DNA of 64,000 nucleotides from Cyanophora paradoxa CCMP329 (taxonomy: Eukaryota; Plantae; Glaucophyta). The translations under genes were made by a program, and so were the position numbers. The notes beneath the pieces are model-generated. The model was given only the letters and a program-made list of their open reading frames with translations. It was not told where the DNA came from and did not search any database. Position 1 is the first letter of the stretch. The number at the start of each line of letters is the position of its first letter. This document shows positions 1 through 12,813 of this stretch, piece after piece. The stretch lies in contig QPMI01000671.1 of the NCBI GenBank assembly GCA_004431415.1, positions 62,001-126,000 of the forward strand, read 5' to 3'.

Positions 1-978
1 CTCTCGGGGAGGTGCCGCACGAGGAGCACCAGCGCGAGCCCGGGGGCCGCCCCTGGCCCCCGCCCCGCCTCAGAGGCCGGAGCAACCGCGAGAGAAGGCG
101 GGCTGGAAGCGGACCGAGGGCGAAGATGCCGCGCCAGCGCCAGGAGTCGCCCTCGGGCTCGCCCGAGGCGTTGAAGGCGTAGGCGCTGACGTAGGCGGCG
201 AGGGTGCCCACGCAGATGCCGATCTGGAAGACCGTCCCCATGCGCCCCCGCGCCTCCGCCTCCGCCACCTCCGACACGTACAGCGGGATCGACCTGCCGT
301 GGCGGCGGCGTCAGCGGGGCGGGGGGCGGTGCGGGCGGGCGGGGGCGGGCGCGCGTGATGGCGATGCCGGCGCCGACGCCGCCGAGGAGGCGGAAGGCGA
401 TGATGGACCAGAAGTCCCACGCGAGCGCGCTCCCCGCAGCGCCCAGCGCCGCCAGCGCCCCTGCCGCCAGCACCGTCATCCGCCGCCCGAACCGGTCCGC
501 GATCGCCCCGCCCTTCGGGCTCCCCACCTGCACCCCGCAGGCGCGCTCGAAACGCGGGGAAGAAGGGGAAGAGGGCGAAGAGGGGGCGCTCGCACCGCCA
601 TGCCGACGAGCGCGGAGGCGACGAGGATGCCGAGGCGCCAGTGGCCGAGGCCGAACTGGTGGGCAATCAGCACGGAGGCCCCCGCGATGTTCGCCGAGCC
701 GTAGCCGTAGGTCACGCCCCCGAGGATGGCGAGGAGCAGCGTCTTTCGTAGCAGGACCTCCGGCGACACCGCGTAGACGTACGTCGGCTGCGGCGCCCGC
801 GTCGGCACCGCGGGCGCTGCGCGACCGCGCGCGCGGGGCGGCGCACCGTCGGCGTCCGCTTAATCACTGTCCCGTAGGCGGGTAGGACCACCGCGGCGCG
901 TTCCCGCACGGCGTCGCGTTTCTCATCCTCATACGTGTACAGGTTGATCCCGGGCGCCTCGACCGACGCGGGCGCCAT
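1..978 (-). CDS. MFS sugar porter family transporter (multi-exon; 3' end runs off the window)
   Basis: Spliced exons read LLLAILGGVTYGYGSANIAGA, GGAIADRFGRRMTVL, FRLLGGVGAG, PLYVSEVAEAEARGRMGTVFQIGICVGTLAAY and SWRWRGIFALG. These are sugar-porter signature motifs (DRxGRR, YxSE..RG). Confidence 0.9.
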
Positions 979-1366
979 CGCCGGACTCGCCGCTACGGCT
1001 GGCGCCGCGCGTACGACCGGCCGCGGCGAGGGTTTTTACCGAGCACGCCTAGAGTCCTGTGCTGAGTCGTGTGCGCCTCGGCCGGGCTGGCGTTGGGAGG
1101 GCTGATGAAAGGTGCGGCGGGGGTATCGCCGAATCGGCTGCAAACGGGGTACGGTCTGAACGTCGTCTGGACGTCGTCGAGCAACTAGAGCGCTCTCACA
1201 CTGTTAGACAGCTCTGGAATAGCTCAGCGACGCCGTTCACCCTCAGCTGTCTCCGAGCCGGAGCAACTGGAGCTGTCTCCAGACAGACTGCGTGCTTGCG
1301 CCCGGTGGTTCCACGATGCCTAGGTAACAGAACGACCAGGCGTAAGCCGCATATTGGAGGGGCGCC

Positions 1367-4300
1367 ATGCGTCCCCTGCCTGGTCTTGCAGTCCTCTGCC
1401 TGTTGACGCTTCTGTGCGGGCGAGCACTGGCAAGCTTCCGGCCGGACCGAATATACAACGGCGGAGAGCATGTACCAGGCTCCGGGACCAGCGCTGGGCG
1501 CGGTCTCAAGGAGGACAGCGCAGCGGACCCCCACGAATTGGCGGACCCGGACAAGCACGGGCACAAGGCGAGCATGCAGGGCCGCAGCGCCTCGCCGTGG
1601 CGGGGCGCTGAGGGCGGGCGGCGCCTCGCAGATCTTGCTGCACGAGGAGGTGCTCGACACGCGGTGGTCGGGCGAGCAGGGGGCCGGCGAGGACGCGGCC
1701 GGCGCGGCGGCGGCGGCGATGCGGCGGCTGCTGGAGGCCGCGGAGGAGGCGGGGGACGAGCGGCACCAGACCCTCCTGGTCCGCAGCACGCCCCCGCCCG
1801 CCCCCGCCCGCCCCCGCCCCCACGCCGACGCTGGCCCGCGACGTGGCCCGCGGTCCGCAGGTGCACGTGAGCGGGCCGGTGACGTCGGAAGTGCGGGCGG
1901 AGATAGAGGCGGCGGCGGGCCTGCAGCTCGGCTCCTACGTGCCGCACAACGCCTTCCTCGCCAGCGCCCTCCCCTCGCAGCTGCAGGCGCTCCGGTGCGG
2001 CTCGCCGGCGCGCCCCTCCTCCGCGCGGGCGGTGCCAACGGAGCGGGCAGGGCGGCGCCGCACGTGGCGTGGGTGGGGCGGCTGGAGGCGCGGCACAAGC
2101 GGCACCCGGCGCACGGCGCCTCGCGGGCCCTCGAATGGCACGCGCACCTCTCCACGCACTGGGCCGCCCCCGCCGCCACCGCCGTCTCGCCGGCGGAGCT
2201 GGCGGCGCTGTGGGCGCACGAGCTGGCGGCGCTGTGCGCCGGGGGCGTCTCGCTGGAGGCCGCGCACGAGGGCCCCGCGGGCCCCACCGTCGTCGCCCGC
2301 CTCGGCCGCCCCGAGGACGCCCCGGCCCTCGCCGAGTTCCTCGCCGACCAGGTGCCCCCGCCCCGCCCCTCCCGGGGCCGGCGGGGTGGCCGGCTGAGGC
2401 GGCGGGCAGCCGGAGGTCTACTGGGTGCAGCCGCGCACCCGCATCGAGCTCAAGAACTACTACGCGGGGCGGTGCGCGCCGGCGGCGGGAGCTCGCGCCG
2501 GCGCGCCGGGCCGGGGCGACGGGCGGGGCGCAGGCTGGTGCAGGCGGGGGACTTTACGCTCCTCACGGGCGCCGCCGACATCCCCACCCCCGTCTACGCC
2601 CGCTGTCCGCCCCGCCCGCGCCCCCGCGCCCCGGCGCCCCCGCGCCGCGCTCACGGACCGGCGGCCGGGCGCAGCGCTCAAGGGGGCGGGGGAGGTGATC
2701 GGCTTCATCGACGACGGCCTAGACTACGGTGCCCCGCCCCGCCCTGCCCCCGGCGCCCGCCGGCCGGGGCGCTGAGCGCCGCCCCGCCCCGCCCTGCCCC
2801 GGCCATCGCGGCGCGCAGACAGCTGCTTCTTCGCGAACGGGGCGCAGCAGTCGCCGTCGGACGGCTCGAGCGCCGGCAAGCCCGACGTGACGAACCGGAA
2901 GGCGGGCCGGGCGCGCGCGAGGCGGCGGGGCGGCCCCCTGACGCCCCCGCAGGTCATCGCCTTCCGGTACAACGCCAAGTACGGCAGCGCCGAGGTCCCG
3001 CCCCGGCCCGGGCCCCCGCGCCCTCGGGGGAGCGGCGCTGATGTCGGGGGCAGGGGAACACGCAGCACGGGACGCACACGGCGGCGACGGCGGTGGGGCA
3101 GGCCTACTCCGGGGCGGGCACGGAGCAGATCCAGCAGCACGCCGGCGTCGCCAGCGACGCCAAGCTCACCTTCATCAGGCCCGCCCCCGCCCCGCCGCCC
3201 CGCCCCGCCCCGCCCCGCGCCCCACCTCCTCTGACGTCTCTGCGACCCGCCAGCATCAAGAACAAGACGGACCCGACCCGCGTGCGCCCCGCCGCACTCC
3301 CCGCATCCCTCCTCCCCTCGCCCCCGTCGACCGACGCCTCGGCGCAGCTGCTGACTCTGCAGTGGGACAAGGCCTTCGCCATCCACTACGCCGACGGGTG
3401 CGAGCGCACCCCGTCCGAGCTGCGCCGAGCGGGGCCGAGTTGCGGGGTGCAGGGCGCGGACGCACTCGAACTCGTGGGGGTGCGCCCCGTCGACGGACAA
3501 CCTCGCGGAGTGCAACGTCTACGACCAGGTGCCCCCCCCGCAGCGCCCCGGCGGCGGGGGCGGGGGCGGGGGGAGCTCATGCGGGGCGGGGCGGCAGGAC
3601 GCGCTGGTGTCGGACATGTACATGTGGAACTACACGGACGCCCTCCTCGTCTTCGCCGGCGGCAACGACGGCTCCGCCGGCGCGCCCCCCCGCAGCCGGC
3701 GCCGCCCTCCCCTGCGCAGCGGGGGCGCTGAGGGGGCGGGCAGGGGTGGCGACGGGGAAGCGGGGCTACATCTCGAGCCCGGCGACAGCCAAGAACGGCA
3801 TCTCCGTGGGGGCCACCATGACCGCACCCCAGGCGCCCCCCGCCCCGCCCCCGGCCCCCGCCGCCCCCCGCCTGACGGGGGCGCGGGGGCGGCAGGGCTG
3901 GCTCGACAATGCCGCCTTCGTCGCCTCGGACTACGGCTGCTCGGCCTACCCCGACTGGTGCGCCACGGAGAAGGTGACGAAGACGCCCGGGTACTACTCG
4001 CCGGAGAACCTGGCCGGCTTCTCCTCCTCGGGGCCGACGTGGGACGGGCGCGCCAAGCCGGACGTCGTGGCGCCGGGCTTCTTCATCGTCTCCGCCAAGT
4101 CGGACAACAACCCGCGCTCCTTCAACTGCGCCCTCCGCTCCGAGGCGGGCACCTCGATGGCGGCCCCCGTCGTCTCGGGCGCCGCGGCGCTGGTGCGGCA
4201 GTACCTGCGCGAGGGCTGGTGGCCCTCGGGCGTCCGCACCGCCAAGGACGGCATCGAGGCGCCGCAGGGGGCCCTCGTCAAGGCGCTCATCATCAACGGC

Positions 4301-6885
4301 GCCCGCCCCGCCAACGGCACCGTCGTCCACGACTTCCGCCGCATCGCCACCGTCTCCTCGTCGAACCCCGCCGTCCCCATCCTCTCCTCCCGCCTCCCCA
4401 TCCCCAACGCCTACCAGGGCTTCGGCCGCGTCCGCCTCGACACCGTCCTCCAGTTTCCCGAGTCGGCCTTCAAGATGACCTTCTGCGACGGCTACGCCCC
4501 CGCCGTCGGCGCCGCCGCCGTCGTCCTCACCGTCGCCCTCGGGCCCGAGGCCCGCTCGACCGTCCCCTTCCGCGCCACCCTCGCCTGGACCGACTACCCC
4601 GCCACCCCCAACGCCGCGGTGGTGCGAGCCGGCGCGCGGCCCGCAGACCCGGCGACCGCCCTGACGCGCCCTCCCCGCAGGCGCTGGTGAACAACCTCGA
4701 CCTCTCGCTCGTGTACAACGGCCGCACCTACTACCCCAACGGCCTCTCCGTGCGCCCCCGCCCCCCCGAGCCCGCTCCGCCGAACCCGACGCGCCCCCGC
4801 CGCAGAGCGCGGACAACGTGAACAACGTCGAGCAGATCGAGCTCCCCGTCGGCTCCCCGGCGGCCACGGTGACGCTGCGCCTCTCCACCCGCTCGCTGCC
4901 CAAGGGCCCCCAGCCGTACTCGCTCGTGCTCACGGGCCGGTGGACGGCCGTCTCGGGCTGCGCCCGCGTCCTCTCCGTCCCCGCCTCCTCCCTCCCGACG
5001 GGCTCCCTCACGGCGCCGCTCCCGAGCCCGCTCCCGAGCGCCGACTCGGAGCTCGTCGTGATGGCCACGCTCACCCTCACCCTCGACTTGGCGCGCTGGC
5101 CGGCCCACGTCGACGAGTTCCGCCGCGCCGTCGCCCAGCAGCTGCGCGTCGCCTACGCGCGCGTCGTCGTCGAGGCGGTGGCGGCGGGCAGCACGCGGGT
5201 CACCTTCTACGTCTCGAACCCGGAGTACCCGACGGAGGCGGCGACGCTGCAGGCGCTCTCGCTGCTGGCGTCGCTCAACACGGGGATCAACCTGGGGCCG
5301 AACCTTGTGGCCACCGCCCTCTCCTTCGCCGTCGCCAAGCCGACCGTCTTCCCCGACCCCTACGTCGTCGCCGGCAGCGCCGCCGTCACCCCCACGCCCC
5401 TCCCGGCCACGGGCGGCGGCGGCGGCTTCGGGGAGATGGAGATCGTCGCGGTCTCGGCGGCCTCGGCGGGGGCCGTCGTGCTCGCCTCGGCCGTCCTCAT
5501 CGTGTGGATGGCCGTCCGCTGGAGCCGCCACGCCATCCGCCGCGCCGTCGTCCCCGCCGGCTCCGCCTCCCCCGCCGCCGTCTCCCCGGCCCCCGGGGAG
5601 GCCCCCGCGGGGAGCGTGCCCCCGGCCGGCTTCCAGCTGCCCTCCCGCGCCGCACTCTCCCGCGTCGCCTCCTCGACCTCCCTCGCCCCGCCCCGCCCCG
5701 AGCGCGACGCCGACGCCCCCCGCTCCTCCCTCCCCCTCCCGGGCGCCCCGCGGCCCCCCGAGCGGGTCCCGGAGGAGAAGGCGGGGGAGGAGGGCGGGGA
5801 GACGGAGCCGCCGCCGCCGCCGCCGGTGGGGCTGGTGGAGGCGGTGAAGACGTCGGCCGGCTCGGAGCTCTCCAACGGCCTCCTCGTCAAGCCCGAGGCC
5901 GGCGCCCCCGAGGCCGAGGCCGCCAGCGACTCCTCCGCCTCCCCGGCCCCGGAGGCCGCCTCGCCCCCGACTCCGACCGCCCCGCCCGCGCGAGGCGGCG
6001 GCCGCGCGGCGCAAGCCCCCGCCGCTGGCGTCGATCGCGCGGCAGGGGAGCGGGCAGGAGGGCGAGGCGGGCCCCTCGGGCCTCCTCTCGAGCGCCTCGT
6101 CGCTGCAGAACGCGAGCAGGCGCAGCCTCGACAGGCACGCGCCCATGTCCGACAACGGCAACCTCATCCTCCGCTCCGGCGCCCAGGAGGTGCCGCCCCC
6201 GCCCCGCCCCGCCCGCCCCGCCCCGCCCCCGGCCCTCGCAGGGACCGGGAGCTGAGGCGGGGGGCGCGCAGGCGAGCTCCCCGCGGGCGGCCGGCCTCGG
6301 CAGCATGCGGGGCGGCGCGGTCGCCCCTGAGGCCGGCGAGGAGCGCGCCGCCGCCCCCGCCGCGCCCCCGGCGAGGTCCCCGCCGCGGCCGGCCCCTCGG
6401 AGGCGGCGCCTGCGCGGGCGGGGAGGCTCGCTGCGCGCGGCGCCGGCGTCCTCTCGACGCTCTCGCGCACGTTCAAGGCGGCGCTGGCCGGCTCGCGGCC
6501 CGAGATCCTGCCCCGCATCCTCTCCCTCCACTCCGAGCAGGCCGCCCTCAAGGCCCTCGAGCGCGCCATCGACTCCTTCGGCGGCGCCGACGACGACGAC
6601 GAGGCCGACGCGGCGCGGGCCGCCCCCGCCCCCGCCGCCCCGGCAGGCCCTCCGCCCCCTCCGCCCGCGCCGTCCCTGAGCTCCCGCCCTCTCCCCCGCC
6701 GGTGACGGAGGGGGCGCCCGGCGCCGCCGGGCCGCTCGGCGTCGCTGCCGGGCCGCTCCCCGCGGCAGCTCCCGGGGGCAGCGCCGGGGGCGCCGGCCTC
6801 GCGCTCGGGCTCCGTCTCCTCCCTCGACATGGAGACCCGCCGCAGCGCCGCGCAGGACGACACCGCCTCCCGCACCGCCTGGTAG
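1367..6885 (+). CDS. Subtilisin-like S8 peptidase, Kp43/TagC-like, type I membrane protein (paralog 1)
   Basis: Signal peptide MRPLPGLAVLCLLTLLCGRALA and prodomain YVPHNAFL. Catalytic motifs FIDDGLD, HGTHTAAT, HSNSWG, FAGGNDG, SPATAKN, FSSSGPTWDGRAKPDVVAPG, GTSMAAP, QGFGRVRL. C-terminal beta domain LAWTDYP..LVNNLDL..NNVEQI, then SEA-like AAGSTRVTF, a TM helix at about 5442-5516 and a low-complexity tail. About 20 introns; tail splicing and the stop are less certain. Confidence 0.9.
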
Positions 6886-7139
6886 CCCCCCGCTTCCCCC
6901 CGACCCCTCGCCCCACACCTCCTTAGCTCCCTTTCTATCCCATGGCCAGCATAGCATATCCATTGCTTCTGGTCGCGCTCGCGCCTCTAGATTTGCATGT
7001 ATGATTCGAACTCTATTCTATGACCGCATTTGCAGCACGCGTTTGCAGCAGTCCCTGTGCACGCGTACCCCGCAAATTCGGAAAAAAGTCGACCACCTTC
7101 GAAGTTTCCAGCTCGACGCAGAGAAGCCATCTCGCAGCC

Positions 7140-8735
7140 ATGAACAACGCTTTCGTTTCTCCGGTACCCATTGCAGCGATCTCCGGCGCGCCTGGCACGC
7201 TCCCGGCCGCCGCGCATCTCTGCGCCTTCGCGGCGCGCCCCTCAGCGGTCGCCAGCGTGCGCCCCGCTGCACGACTGCGGCGAAACTTCGGGTCGCGCCT
7301 CAATCTTCGCGCTGCGCGGCTTTTCCGCTGCCAAGCAACGCCGCAAGCGCTGCCCATCGTCTCGCAGCGCGAGAACCCGGCCCCAGGCTCTCGCGAGCGC
7401 CCCGAGGACGACGAGGAGAAGCAGAAGACGTCGACGCGCGAGCCTGTCGAGGAGCCGCGCACCTTCGCGGAGCAGGACGTGCTTGATGCGTGGAGCGATT
7501 TTGACCAAGAGGAGCCCGCCGAAGAGCGCACGTCCGACACGCAGGGAGGACGCGAAGAGGAGTATGAGCGCGGCGATCTCGATTTCATGTCCTTCGCCCC
7601 GCTCTTCCTGTTCTCTGACCTGGCCGCCTCCCTGCGCGTACGTGGGCGTTCATTCGTCTAAATCGAGAGCCTTGCGAAATCTAACCGCACTTCCAGATCG
7701 ACGTCCCGATGCCGCAGCGCCTGCTCGACTTCTTCCGCGTGAGGCCGACCCCGCGCCATTCTTTTCGCTGCGACTTAATTTCGCAGGCGTTGACCCTCTT
7801 CGACCCCGTCCCCTCGACGAGCCTGATTGCGTACGCTTGGCTGGGGTGCCCAAGTTTCCTCCTTTGCACGCATTTTTGATCCGCGAGTTCATGACCTCGC
7901 GGCAGCTCCATGCTCGGCGTGGGGGCTATCCAGCTCCGCGAGAAGCAGCGCGCGGCGCGCGCCCCCGGTCACAACGCGCGCGCCATGGCCGCCTCGGTCT
8001 CCCGCCGGGTCCGTCCCGCACCTGCCCTCCCGCTTCTTCCCCCTCCTCACGAAGCCGGGCAACAGGTGAAGAACGCGTACGAGAGCGCGCAGACGGCGCT
8101 TGCGCTCGTCCTCTCCGGCCTCGTCGTCTGGGGATCAGTGTTCCACGAGGTCCCCAAGGCGCTCGAGCAGGTCCCCGGTGCGCCCGTCCTCGGCGCGCCG
8201 CGCGGCGAGGGTCATTTGCCTCGGGCGCGCCGCTCATTCCAGCGCAGGCGGCGAACTCGTCAACGCGGGGTCCCCAGTGACTGGCGCCGCTTTTCTGGCG
8301 GCTCTGATCGCTGGGTCTCTCTTCGTTCAGATGCAGATGGCGCGGCCGCGCGCCCCGCCGGCGCGCCCGGCTGCTCTGACGCCGCGCGCGCAGCTCTCGC
8401 CCCTGCTCTCATATGAGGAGCGCGAGATCGAGTCCGGCCGCAAGCAGAAGCTCGGGGAGGCCCCGCGGTGCGCCCCGCCCCGGCCGCACGCCGCGCCGCC
8501 TCCCGGTCGTGAGCGCGGGGCGGGGGCAGGCCGCGGCTGTGGGGCGTCGACGCCTCCCTCATGTACACGGCCCTCGAGCTCGCCAAGGCCCGCCCCGCCC
8601 CGCCCCGCCCCGCGTTCCGCCCTGTTCGCGAGGCGCGCTCGCCGGCAGCTGGGGAGCCTGGTGGGCATCATCTACATCCTCTCGCAGGCCGGGGGGCCCC
8701 TCCCCAGCCTGCCCAACACCCTCGGCCTCCTGTGA
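7140..8735 (+). CDS. Putative plastid-targeted membrane protein of unknown function (weak DUF4149-like resemblance)
   Basis: Starts MNNAFVSPVPIAA, followed by an Ala/Arg/Ser-rich, acid-free stretch ending RCQA (transit-peptide-like). Hydrophobic exons ALALVLSGLVVWGSVF, AAFLAALIAGSLFVQMQM and YTALELAKLGSLVGIIYIL; stop TGA 8733-8735. Confidence 0.6.
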
Positions 8736-9000
8736 GGCCCGGGCGCCCCCGAATTCGAAGAGCCTCCCAACAATGCCTCAAAGCGCGCGTGGAGCCGGCG
8801 CTGGCGTCGCATGCAGCGGCCCAGCGGGGCGGCCTGCCACCTTTCTGTACAGTCCAACACAGCCGTAAATGTCAGCTAGGGCTCTCTGGATCAAATTCTA
8901 TTCGCTTTTCTCATCGACAGACCAAAAAATAGGGGCACGTGACAAATACCTGTAGCTATAGTCAAGCTAATCTTAATGGAGACACCACTATTCAGATCAT

Positions 9001-12000
9001 TCAAAGGTCGGCCTGGCCGAAGTAGGCGCCGGCGTCGAATTCGTCGCAATCGTAGGAGAACTCGGCGTCCGCCTCGAGGTCCTGGGCGAGAGGGGCGGTC
9101 AGGGCTGCTGGGAAGGGAGGAGGGGCGCGGGGCGGGGCGGCGGACATCGAAGGCGGCGGTGTAGGTGACGGCGCAGTAGCCGTCCTCCGCCGAGGCCGCC
9201 GCCGCCGCCGCCGCCCGCTCCAACGCCGCCACACCCTCCCCGCCCTCCTCTCCTTCCTCGCCCTCCTCGTCGTCCTCGTCGTCCTCGTCGTCGTCCTGCC
9301 CGCCGTCACCCTCCTCCTCCTCCTCGCCCTCGTCACCCTCGTCATCCTCCTCCTCCTCCCCCTCCTGCTGGGGGGCCTCCTCGTCGCCCCCGCTGGCGGG
9401 GTGGCGGGCGGCCTCGGCGGCCGCCCGCTGCGCCCGGTCGGCCTCCAGCACGCCCAGCACCAGCGCCGTCAGCGCCCCGTCCGCCTCCTTCACCACCGGC
9501 GTCCCCGAGGCGCCCTCGCCCGCCGCCGCCTCCTCCCCGGGGGCCGGCTCCTCGGCGGCCCCCCCGAGGAGGGTCATGTGGCCGGAGGGGGCGGCGGGGA
9601 AGGGGTTGGGGGCCCCCGAGGCGGCGCAGACGTCGGCCTTGACGGGGATGGCGCCCGTGCCGGCCGCGCAGCTCCGCACCAGCGCCCCCGACGAGAGCTG
9701 CTCGCACTTCACCGGGCCCGCCCCCGTCTCCGGCAGCGGCACGGGGCCCGCCCCCTCCGCCTCCAGCTCCGCGACGGCGGCCGCGACGGCGGGGTCGCTC
9801 CGCGCCGCGCTGCTGATCGCGCACTTCTTCGCCTTGGCGAGCTCCTCCTTCTCGTGCTCGACCTGTGCGCGCGCCGTGAGGCCTCTGGGCGCGGGGCGGG
9901 GCCCCGCCGGCCGGCACCTGCTCGAGCTCCTCCTCGACGACTAGCGCCGCGCTCAGCGCCTCCGCCGCCGCCGGGTCCACCACCGCCGCCTCCGCCGCCG
10001 GCGCCGGCGTCGGCAGCTCCCCCGCCTTCTCGGCTCCTGCCCCCGCGGTCGGCGCATCGCCGGCGCCCTCGCCCTCGCCCGCCGTCGCTTCGGCGGGCGG
10101 CAGCGGCCCCGGGGCCTCCTCCTCGGGGGCCTCCTCGGGGAGCTCGTTGGCCTCGGCGTCGAGGCGGAACACGACATCGATGGAGGCGGGGCCGCCCGCC
10201 CCCGCCTCGTACGCGCTGTACGGCACGAATCTGCACCCCCCGCCGTCAGATCCGCATGCACCGCGCGGCTCGGATGCGGGCGCCGCGCGGGGCGGGCGCA
10301 CTCGTCCTCGTCGACGTGGTCCTTCACGGCGGCCCCGGCGGGGGCGGCGCCCCCGGCGGCCGCCTCGAGCAGCGAGGCCGGCAGGCGCTCCGACCCGTGC
10401 GCGGCCGGCACCGAGAAGCTCTTCTCCTGGGTCGCCATGAGCGAGGCGAGGAAGGCGGCGGCCGCCGACGTCGGGCCGGCCGCGGGGAGCCCGCTGAAGG
10501 CCGTCTGGGAGGACTCCGAGTAGGGCGAGGGCACGGGGGGCGCCTCGTACACCCGCGAGGCCGACGACGACGAGGAGGGGGCCGCCTCGTGGGGCGCGGC
10601 GGCCGGCGCGCTGCCGGGCGTCTCGACGGTCATGCTGTAGTGGCCCTCCTCCTCCTCCTCCTCCTCCGCCGCCGCCTTCTCCGCCAGCTCCTTCTCGATC
10701 GACTTGATCAGCGCCTGCTCCCGCTCCTCCGCCTCCTCCCGCGCCCGCGCCTCCCTCTCCTCCGCCGCCCGCCGCTCCACGTCCTGCCGCTCCGCGTCCC
10801 GCCGCTCCGCATCCTCGCGCTCCCTCTGCTCCTTCTCTTCCGCCGCGCGCCGCTCGGCCTCCTCGCGCTCCCGCTGCTCCCTCTCCTCTGCGGCCCGCCG
10901 CTCGGCCTCGCGCTTCTCGGCCCGCTCCCGTTCCTCCGCCTCGCGCCGCTCGGCCTCCTCGCGCTCCCGCTGCTCCCTCTCCTCTGCGGCCCGCCGCTCG
11001 GCCTCGCGCTTCTCGGCCCGCTCCCGTTCCTCCGCCTCGCGCCGCTCGGCCTCCTCGTGCTCCCGCTGCTCGCGCGCCTCCGTCGCCCGCCGCTCGGCCT
11101 CTGCTCGCCGCTCGGCCACCTCGCGCTCGTACTGCTCGCGGTCCTCCGCGGCGCGCCGCAGCACCTCCTCCCGCTCCCGCTGCTCCCGCTCCTGGGCCTC
11201 CCGCCGCTTCGCCTCCTCCCGCTCCCGCAGCTCGCGCTCCTCGGCGGCCCGCCGCTCCGCCTCCTCCCGCTCGAACCGCTGCCGCTCCTCCTCTGCCTGC
11301 CGCCGCGCTTCTTCCCGCTCCTGCCGCTCCCGCTCCGCCGCCTCCCTCCGCTCCGCCTCCCGCCGCTCGGCCTCCTCGCGCTCGCGCATCTCGCGCTCTT
11401 CGGCCGCGCGCCGCTCCGCCTCCCGCCTCTCCGCCTCCTCGCGCTCGCGCATCTCCCGCTCCTCGGCGGCGCGGCGGCGGGCCTCGCGCTGCTCGGCCTC
11501 CTCGCGCTCCCGCTGCTCGCGCGCCTCCGCGGCCCGCTGCTCGGCTTCCATCCGCTCGGCCTCTTCGCGCGCGGCGAGCTCCCGTGCCAGCTGCTCCCGC
11601 CGCGCCGCCTCCTCGAGCGCCGCCGCCCGCCGCGCCTCCTCCTGCGCAATCGCGTACTGCACGCAGGGCGCCGCCGTCAGTTCGCGTCGTGCCGGCTAGG
11701 CGTGGGCCGGGCCTCCGGCACACGCACCTGCCGGGCCGCTTCCTGCACCGCAGCGTCTCGGGTAGCGACGCCGAGCTCGTTCGCCTGCGCGGCCGCCGCC
11801 TCCGACGCCGCGAACCGGCCCTCAATTTCCTTTTCCGCGAGGAGCCGAGCGACCTCCGTGTCCTCCGCGTAGCGGTCCGCTCGCTCCTCCGCGGCGGCGG
11901 CCCGCTCCTCCGCGCGCCGCAGATCCTTCTCCGAGGGCTTCATCGTGATGTGCGACGCGAAGCCCGAGTCCCGCGCGTCGCCGAACACATCCGCCGCGGC

Positions 12001-12647
12001 CGATGCCCGCTGCATCCGCGCCTCGTCGTACGTTGCCGGCTTGTGCTTGTGCGCCTGCGGCTTGTGCTTGTAGGCGGGCCCTCGACCGCCAGGCCTGGGC
12101 GCGAGAGAGCTCATATCCAGAATCTCCAGGACCGGCGTCAGGCGGTGTGGAGTGCCTGCGGTCACACTCAGGGCGGAAGCGCCGCAGCGGCGGCAAGGAG
12201 CGCACGGTCTTCAACGTCCTGATGATGTTCGCGTGCTGCTCTCTGCGGCATGAGAATCTCCTTGGAGATCTGCGGCCGGCAGCGGCTCGTAAGCGCCCGG
12301 CAACGGAACCAATTTCAAGCACTGGAGCGCACGACAGGGGCTTCCTCGACGTAACTATCTGCAGGCGCTTCCGGTATGAATTCGTCCGTCTCTGCAAGCT
12401 CAGCGTCCACTCCCGGCGCAGCCATGCCGGCCGACTTTTGGGCCTCATAGACCGAGAGCGATTCTTGAAAGAGCGCCGCTTTCTTTGAGAGCGCCTGCCG
12501 GGCGAACCAGCCGGGGCAGTTAGCACGGCGGGCGCCGGGGCAGTTAGACAATGCGACTCGGCTAGCCCAGCGGCGCCGATCGTTTCCGCGCACCGAAGGG
12601 TGGGGATGGAACTCCACCGGCGCCACGACGGGCTCGTCGCGCCCCAT
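9001..12647 (-). CDS. Large uncharacterised protein with a long E/R/A charged helix and an acidic C-terminus
   Basis: Exons join via canonical introns from MGRDEPVVAP through about 300 aa of EAERRAAEERE-type repeats to an acidic tract and DEFDAGAYFGQADL*. The start codon is inferred. Confidence 0.65.
10851..11057 (-). repeat. Exact 96-bp coding tandem duplication (32-aa unit)
   Basis: cgctcggcctcctcg recurs at 10851, 10947 and 11043 with identical intervening sequence; unit EAERREAEERERAEKREAERRAAEEREQRERE. Confidence 0.9.
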
Positions 12648-12813
12648 TGAGCCCCAAAGCCTTGAGGCTCGAGCCTCCTTCTCTCCGGGGGGTATGCGAG
12701 CGTTTGAGTGGGAGGCCGGCGAGATGCCCCGCAGTTCGGCAGCAAGCACGGCGGGCAGCGGGTGAGCAATCGGCGGGGTCTGTGCCCCCGCGCGCATCAC
12801 GGCGCCAGTCAAC

